Part shown: in pieces, positions 51,065-56,822 of the stretch
How the letters are laid out: the number at the start of each line of letters is the position of its first letter
How positions within the stretch are numbered: position 1 is the stretch's first letter
Source: Candidatus Dadabacteria bacterium
GTDB taxonomy: Bacteria; Desulfobacterota_D; UBA1144; Nemesobacterales; CSP1-2
Reading direction: 5' to 3'
Assembly: GCA_040289575.1 (NCBI GenBank)
Contig: PSLL01000003.1
Coordinates: 56,049-112,870, forward strand
DNA length: 56,822 bases
Notes under the pieces: model-generated
What the model was told of the DNA's origin: nothing
The model's input: only the letters and a program-made list of their open reading frames with translations
Databases searched by the model: none
Program-made: the position numbers and the translations under genes

Positions 51065-52003
51065 CTTAATGCCTCCATATATGCGACAAGTGCATTTACT
51101 TTCGAATCCGAAAGCCTCATATTGGGCATAAGGCTCCCGGGCTTAACCGATTGTGTATTTGCCAGCCACCTGGCAAGATTAGGCTGGGTATTCTCCATAA
51201 TCCCGGCTCCAATGGTCTGACGGCTCCCCAAATGCCTTAGGTCCGGACTGATATGCCCATTGGCTCTTGTACCGGCAACAGTATGGCAATTCACACACGT
51301 CTTCTGTTGAAATATCTGAGCGCCACGCGCCGGTTCGCCAACAGTTGGGGTTGTTGAGATATGGATTTGTTCTTGTTGCCATGAATCGAAATCGGATTGC
51401 GTCTGTGCAATGACCCGAATACGCATCCAGGCGTGCTCTACACCACAGTACTCAGAACAGGCACCGAGGTATGTGCCTGCCGCATCGGCTTCTAACTATA
51501 TATAAGTAGGATGACCGGGTGTCATATCCATCTTGCGGGCCAGCTGCGGCACCCAGAAATCGTGTATCACATCAGCCGATTCAAGCCGGACAAGAAGCCT
51601 CTTGCCAATAGGCAGATGAATCTCATTGGCTGTCACAACACCCGATTTTGGGTATTGTACCTCCCACCACCATTGATGGCCTATTACTATCAGGTCGGGC
51701 TGCTGATAAGGACGGGGTGAAGGATCGGCTTTATGCATGGTATAGACAGTATGAGCAAAAGGGAATATTAGGATTATCAAAAGGTACTACAGTCCATACA
51801 ATCTCGATTCTTCTCTCTCCAAGCACCTGTTTCGGCTCACCGTCTCCAGGTCGGCCTCGATACCGAATGATTATGTATATAATAGAGCCTGTAACAATTA
51901 TAAATATAAATGCACAAATAATCAGGGCTACATAAAACAGGTTCGCGATATTTAAGGCCTGAGGTGAGCTTGGATTAAATGGTGAACTAATCAGGTTGAC
52001 CAT
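51061..52003 (-). pseudogene. caa3-type cytochrome c oxidase subunit II remnant (CuA plus fused cytochrome c)
   Basis: IEIVWTVVP, GHQWWW, SADVIHDFW, CSEYCGVEHAWM and CVNCH; frameshift near 51770 and in-frame TAG at 51496-51498. Confidence 0.88.
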
Positions 52004-52215
52004 AAGCCCTTGCTCCTTACCACCTAATAATCTAGTTTTGATTCTATGTATATTTAATTTGTTATATAATATTTAGCTGCAAATTCGTGTAATAAAGATT
52101 CAGATTATTTCCCTATCTTTTTCCCTTAATCCCAGATAATCCTTCCAAATCGGCTCTAATCAATTAACTCAACAGCTTTCATTAATTACTTTGCGACACC
52201 CTAATCCACAATGAC

Positions 52216-52243
52216 TTGACATAGGGTGTTAAAAGTATATAGT
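52216..52243 (+). promoter_or_regulatory. Putative sigma70 promoter of metK-ahcY
   Basis: TTGACA (52216-52221), 16-nt spacer, TATAGT (52238-52243). Confidence 0.55.
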
Positions 52244-52380
52244 TTTTTCACTCTCACTGTGTTCAATGGCGAGCGGTTTAATTTGCAGAGGGGAATGAGA
52301 AAAAATTAGTGTAGAGGACTCATCTCTGTATTTACATCCCTCGATTCTATGATAAGTACTGTATAAGAGGAGGCAAGTAT

Positions 52381-53541
52381 ATGTCTCAATTGGAATATGT
52401 TTTCACATCAGAATCTGTAACGGAAGGACATCCCGATAAGATGGCAGACCAGATCTCCGATGCGGTCTTAGATTCTATAATTGAGAAGGACCCACCGGCA
52501 AGGGTTGCATGTGAAACCCTTCTTACAAGGGGGCTTATTGTCGTGGCAGGGGAGATAACGACCACAGCCAGTATAGAGGTTCCCGATATTGTCAGGCGTA
52601 CGGTAAGGGATATAGGATACACCGATAGCTCTATGGGGTTTGACGCGAACAGTTGCGGTGTTATGGTTGCAATTGGAAAGCAGTCTCCAGACATAGCCAT
52701 GGGCGTAGATTCTTCAGATGAGAAGGAGCAGGGTGCCGGAGACCAAGGGCTTATGTTTGGGTATGCAATAGATGAGACACCGGAGCTTATGCCTACTCCC
52801 ATAATGTATTCACACAAGCTTGCAATGAGGCTTTCAGAGGTAAGGAAAGACGGGACACTTTCATTTCTCAGGCCCGATGGGAAGACCCAGGTAACCGTAA
52901 GATATAGAGGTCAAAGACCAGTAGGCATTGAGGCTATTGTGGTCTCTTCTCAGCACTCTTCGGATGTCAGCAATCGCACGATATACGAAGGAATAATGGA
53001 GGAGGTAATAAAGCCCGTAATTCCGACTGAGTTTTTATCACCCAAGACGAGGATATATATTAATCCCACAGGAAGGTTTGTAATAGGGGGTCCCCATGGT
53101 GATACAGGACTTACCGGGAGAAAGATTATAATGGACACATACGGCGGATGGGGAAGGCACGGGGGAGGTGCATTCTCCGGGAAAGACCCATCAAAGGTGG
53201 ACAGGAGCGCGTGTTACATGGCGCGATACGTTGCAAAGAATGTAGTTGCGGCTGGGTTTGCAAAGCGCTGTGAGATTCAGATTGCCTATGCAATAGGGGT
53301 TGCAGAGCCAGTGTCTGTGATGGTCGATACGTTTGGCACCGGTGTGGTACCTGAGGACAGGATTTCAAGGGCTATAATGGAGGTATTTGAGCTAAAGCCC
53401 GCTGGGATTATAAAGACCCTAGACCTCCTGAGGCCTATTTACCGAAAGACCGCTGCATATGGACACTTTGGGAGGAATGAAGAGGAGTTCACATGGGAGA
53501 GAACTGATAAGGTTGAGAGACTTCAATCTGCAATTGAGTGA
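52381..53541 (+). CDS. metK: S-adenosylmethionine synthetase
   Basis: [19 protein letters not shown] and [26 protein letters not shown]. Confidence 0.98.
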   Translation: MSQLEYVFTSESVTEGHPDKMADQISDAVLDSIIEKDPPARVACETLLTRGLIVVAGEITTTASIEVPDIVRRTVRDIGYTDSSMGFDANSCGVMVAIGKQSPDIAMGVDSSDEKEQGAGDQGLMFGYAIDETPELMPTPIMYSHKLAMRLSEVRKDGTLSFLRPDGKTQVTVRYRGQRPVGIEAIVVSSQHSSDVSNRTIYEGIMEEVIKPVIPTEFLSPKTRIYINPTGRFVIGGPHGDTGLTGRKIIMDTYGGWGRHGGGAFSGKDPSKVDRSACYMARYVAKNVVAAGFAKRCEIQIAYAIGVAEPVSVMVDTFGTGVVPEDRISRAIMEVFELKPAGIIKTLDLLRPIYRKTAAYGHFGRNEEEFTWERTDKVERLQSAIE

Positions 53542-54813
<1,272 letters not shown>

Positions 54814-54873
54814 GATACGGTGATTGTTTGTTTGAAAATTCCCTACGTTTCCTGTGTAAAATAAGGGTATAAA

Positions 54874-55761
54874 TTGAACCAGCTTATAGATAGGTTTCTC
54901 ACATACCTCACTGCGGTTAAAGGGCTTTCAAAAAACACACTGGAATCCTACGGAAGGGACGTTCTAAAATTCGTCGTCTTTCTCGAAGAGAAAAACATCA
55001 CGGATATTGATCAGGTGGTTTATAATCACATACTAGATTTCCTTACCTATTTAAAAGAACGGGGTTTAAGACCAAAATCCATATCACGTGCCCTTATATC
55101 CATAAGGCAGTTCTTTAAATTTCTTCTTACTGAAAGATTAATTGAGTCAGACCCCGCATTTCTTATACGCACACCGAAGATAAAAAGGGTTCTTCCCGAG
55201 GTGCTCTCACTCGAAGATGTAGAGAAGCTCCTTTCCTCTCCAGACGAATCATCGCCTGAGGGAATAAGGGATAAATGTATGCTTGAGGTTCTTTATGCAA
55301 CAGGTATCAGGGTTTCAGAGCTTGTAGAGCTTAGACTTAACGATGTAAACTTTGAATTGGGATACATAATAGCATACGGAAAGGGCTCAAAGGAAAGGAT
55401 AGTTCCAATAGGGGACAAGGCGAAGAATAAATTGAGGGAGTATTTAGACACATCAAGGCCAAAGCTCCTTAAGTCCAGAACATCGGTTAATCTCTTTGTC
55501 ACCCGTCTGGGCAAGAAGATGACACGCCAAGGGTTTTGGAAGATATTAAAAACCTATTCAAGAAAATCGGGGATTACAAAAAAGATAAGCCCGCACACGC
55601 TCAGACACTCATTTGCCACACACCTGCTTGAGCGCGGGGCTGATTTAAGGGCAATTCAGATAATGCTCGGTCATTCAGATATCTCCACAACACAGATTTA
55701 TACGCATATTGAAAGGGGAAGACTCAAGGAAGTACACAAAAAGTATCACCCGAGGTCTTAG
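54874..55761 (+). CDS. xerD: Site-specific tyrosine recombinase XerD
   Basis: LSKNTLESY, LYATGIRVSEL, GKGSKER, MTRQGFW, HTLRHSFATH and LGHSDISTTQIY. Confidence 0.93.
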   Translation: MNQLIDRFLTYLTAVKGLSKNTLESYGRDVLKFVVFLEEKNITDIDQVVYNHILDFLTYLKERGLRPKSISRALISIRQFFKFLLTERLIESDPAFLIRTPKIKRVLPEVLSLEDVEKLLSSPDESSPEGIRDKCMLEVLYATGIRVSELVELRLNDVNFELGYIIAYGKGSKERIVPIGDKAKNKLREYLDTSRPKLLKSRTSVNLFVTRLGKKMTRQGFWKILKTYSRKSGITKKISPHTLRHSFATHLLERGADLRAIQIMLGHSDISTTQIYTHIERGRLKEVHKKYHPRS

Positions 55762-56444
55762 TGAATTTCAATATTAAACTCCTACTCATCCAGGCTCCTG
55801 TAATCCTTTTTGCACTCACCGTGCATGAGTTCTGCCATGCCTGGGTTGCAAATATGCTTGGCGATGACACGGCAAAAAGGCAAGGACGCCTGACACTGAA
55901 TCCACTTGCCCATCTAGACGTACTGGGAACAATACTAATGTTCATCGCAGGGTTTGGCTGGGCTAGACCCGTTCCTATAAATCCGCTAAATTTCAAAAAT
56001 CCGAGAAGAGGAATGCTTCTTGTAGCCCTTGCTGGACCGGTATCAAACTTCATTATGGCCATTGTCGCAGGAGTCGGACTCAGATTTATTATTCCTTCCC
56101 TTTCAGGTATAGAGCTGGGTTCTACCCTATCCGGAGTCATGTCTGTATCGCTTGTAATGATAATCCTCACGCTTCAATTTGGTCTTGCCCTTGCCATATT
56201 TAATATGATCCCAATAGCCCCGCTTGATGGTTCACGGGTGCTCTTTGGGCTTTTACCAGAGAGGCAGGCATATGCCTACAGCCGATTTGAGCCTTATGGT
56301 ATGCTGATTTTATTTGCCCTTTTTATATTTGGAGATCAGATATTTTCCTATATACTATGGTATCCTGTCTCGATTTTTACAAAGGCTCTATCGGGGTATA
56401 GTTATTTTCAGCTGTCTTATATGTGGAGATCTATAGTCTCATGA
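55761..56444 (+). CDS. Site-2 protease family (M50) zinc metalloprotease
   Basis: HEFCH, GRLTLNPLAH, AGPVSN and FNMIPIAPLDG. Confidence 0.92.
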   Translation: MNFNIKLLLIQAPVILFALTVHEFCHAWVANMLGDDTAKRQGRLTLNPLAHLDVLGTILMFIAGFGWARPVPINPLNFKNPRRGMLLVALAGPVSNFIMAIVAGVGLRFIIPSLSGIELGSTLSGVMSVSLVMIILTLQFGLALAIFNMIPIAPLDGSRVLFGLLPERQAYAYSRFEPYGMLILFALFIFGDQIFSYILWYPVSIFTKALSGYSYFQLSYMWRSIVS

Positions 56445-56822
56445 AAGACGTAGCATCGGATCCAAAAGGGAATAAGAGGGTTCTCAGTGGCATGCGCCCG
56501 ACAGGAAGGCTCCACCTCGGACATCTCCACGGCGCCCTTGAGAATTGGCGCGATCTTCAAAGTAAATACGAATGCTTTTACTTCATCGCCGACTGGCATG
56601 CGCTCACAACTGATTATGCTGACCCATCGAGAATAAAAGATTCCACATACGAGATGCTTGTCGACTGGATTGCATGTGGAATTGACCCAAACAAGTCAAC
56701 AATATTTATTCAATCCCATATAAAAGAGCACGCAGAACTTGCCTTGCTCCTTGCCATGATAACCCCGCTTAGTTGGCTTGAGCGCGTCCCGACGTATAGA
56801 GAGATTAAAGAGCAGTTACAAG
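56441..56822 (+). CDS. trpS: Tryptophan--tRNA ligase, 5' partial (runs off the window)
   Basis: ATG 56441 gives MKDVASDPKGNKRVLSGMRPTGRLHLGHLHGALENW...FIADWHALT...IFIQS. Not in the ORF track because there is no stop in the window. Confidence 0.93.
   Translation, partial: MKDVASDPKGNKRVLSGMRPTGRLHLGHLHGALENWRDLQSKYECFYFIADWHALTTDYADPSRIKDSTYEMLVDWIACGIDPNKSTIFIQSHIKEHAELALLLAMITPLSWLERVPTYREIKEQLQ

Noticed and set aside
2812..51498. Stop-codon recoding, suggested by in-frame TAG/TGA at Trp positions (2812, ~44651, ~44832, 51496)
   Set aside because: All occur in genes that also carry frameshifts or deletions. TGG to TAG/TGA is a single transition, and intact genes here end normally in TAG and TGA.
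54874..55761. Phage or island integrase
   Set aside because: It has XerD-specific motifs (TRQGFW) and a housekeeping context (ahcY, S2P, trpS).

Overview
This is a bacterial chromosomal segment with no rRNA, tRNA, CRISPR array, intact transposase or prophage that I can see. The gene order ftsH-folP-cdaA-cdaR-glmM-pdxJ-acpS and metK-ahcY-xerD-S2P-trpS resembles Desulfobacterota/Dadabacteria-type diderms; that assignment is inference. Most genes are housekeeping or metabolic. The strongest non-annotated signal is a 28-bp dif site at 31155-31182, with GGGNAGGG (KOPS) octamers pointing towards it from both sides, so the window probably spans the replication terminus. Three other items stand out. 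(1) A co-oriented trio of a TPR protein with a TFIIB-like HTH, a DnaD-like protein and a double-Zn DnaC/DnaI-type ATPase is a candidate helicase-loading module. (2) An Ltp3/Ltp4-like Cys-less thiolase pair with DUF35 and an acyl-CoA dehydrogenase lies divergent from a split IOR-like 2-oxoacid:ferredoxin oxidoreductase. (3) A dispersed family of intergenic hairpins has 7-bp periodicity. There is also heavy gene decay: an eroded caa3 oxidase/cytochrome bc operon and remnants of pentapeptide-TIR, glycine-zipper, NCS2 and cardiolipin synthase genes. ileS has a +1 frameshift in homopolymer runs that may be a sequencing error.
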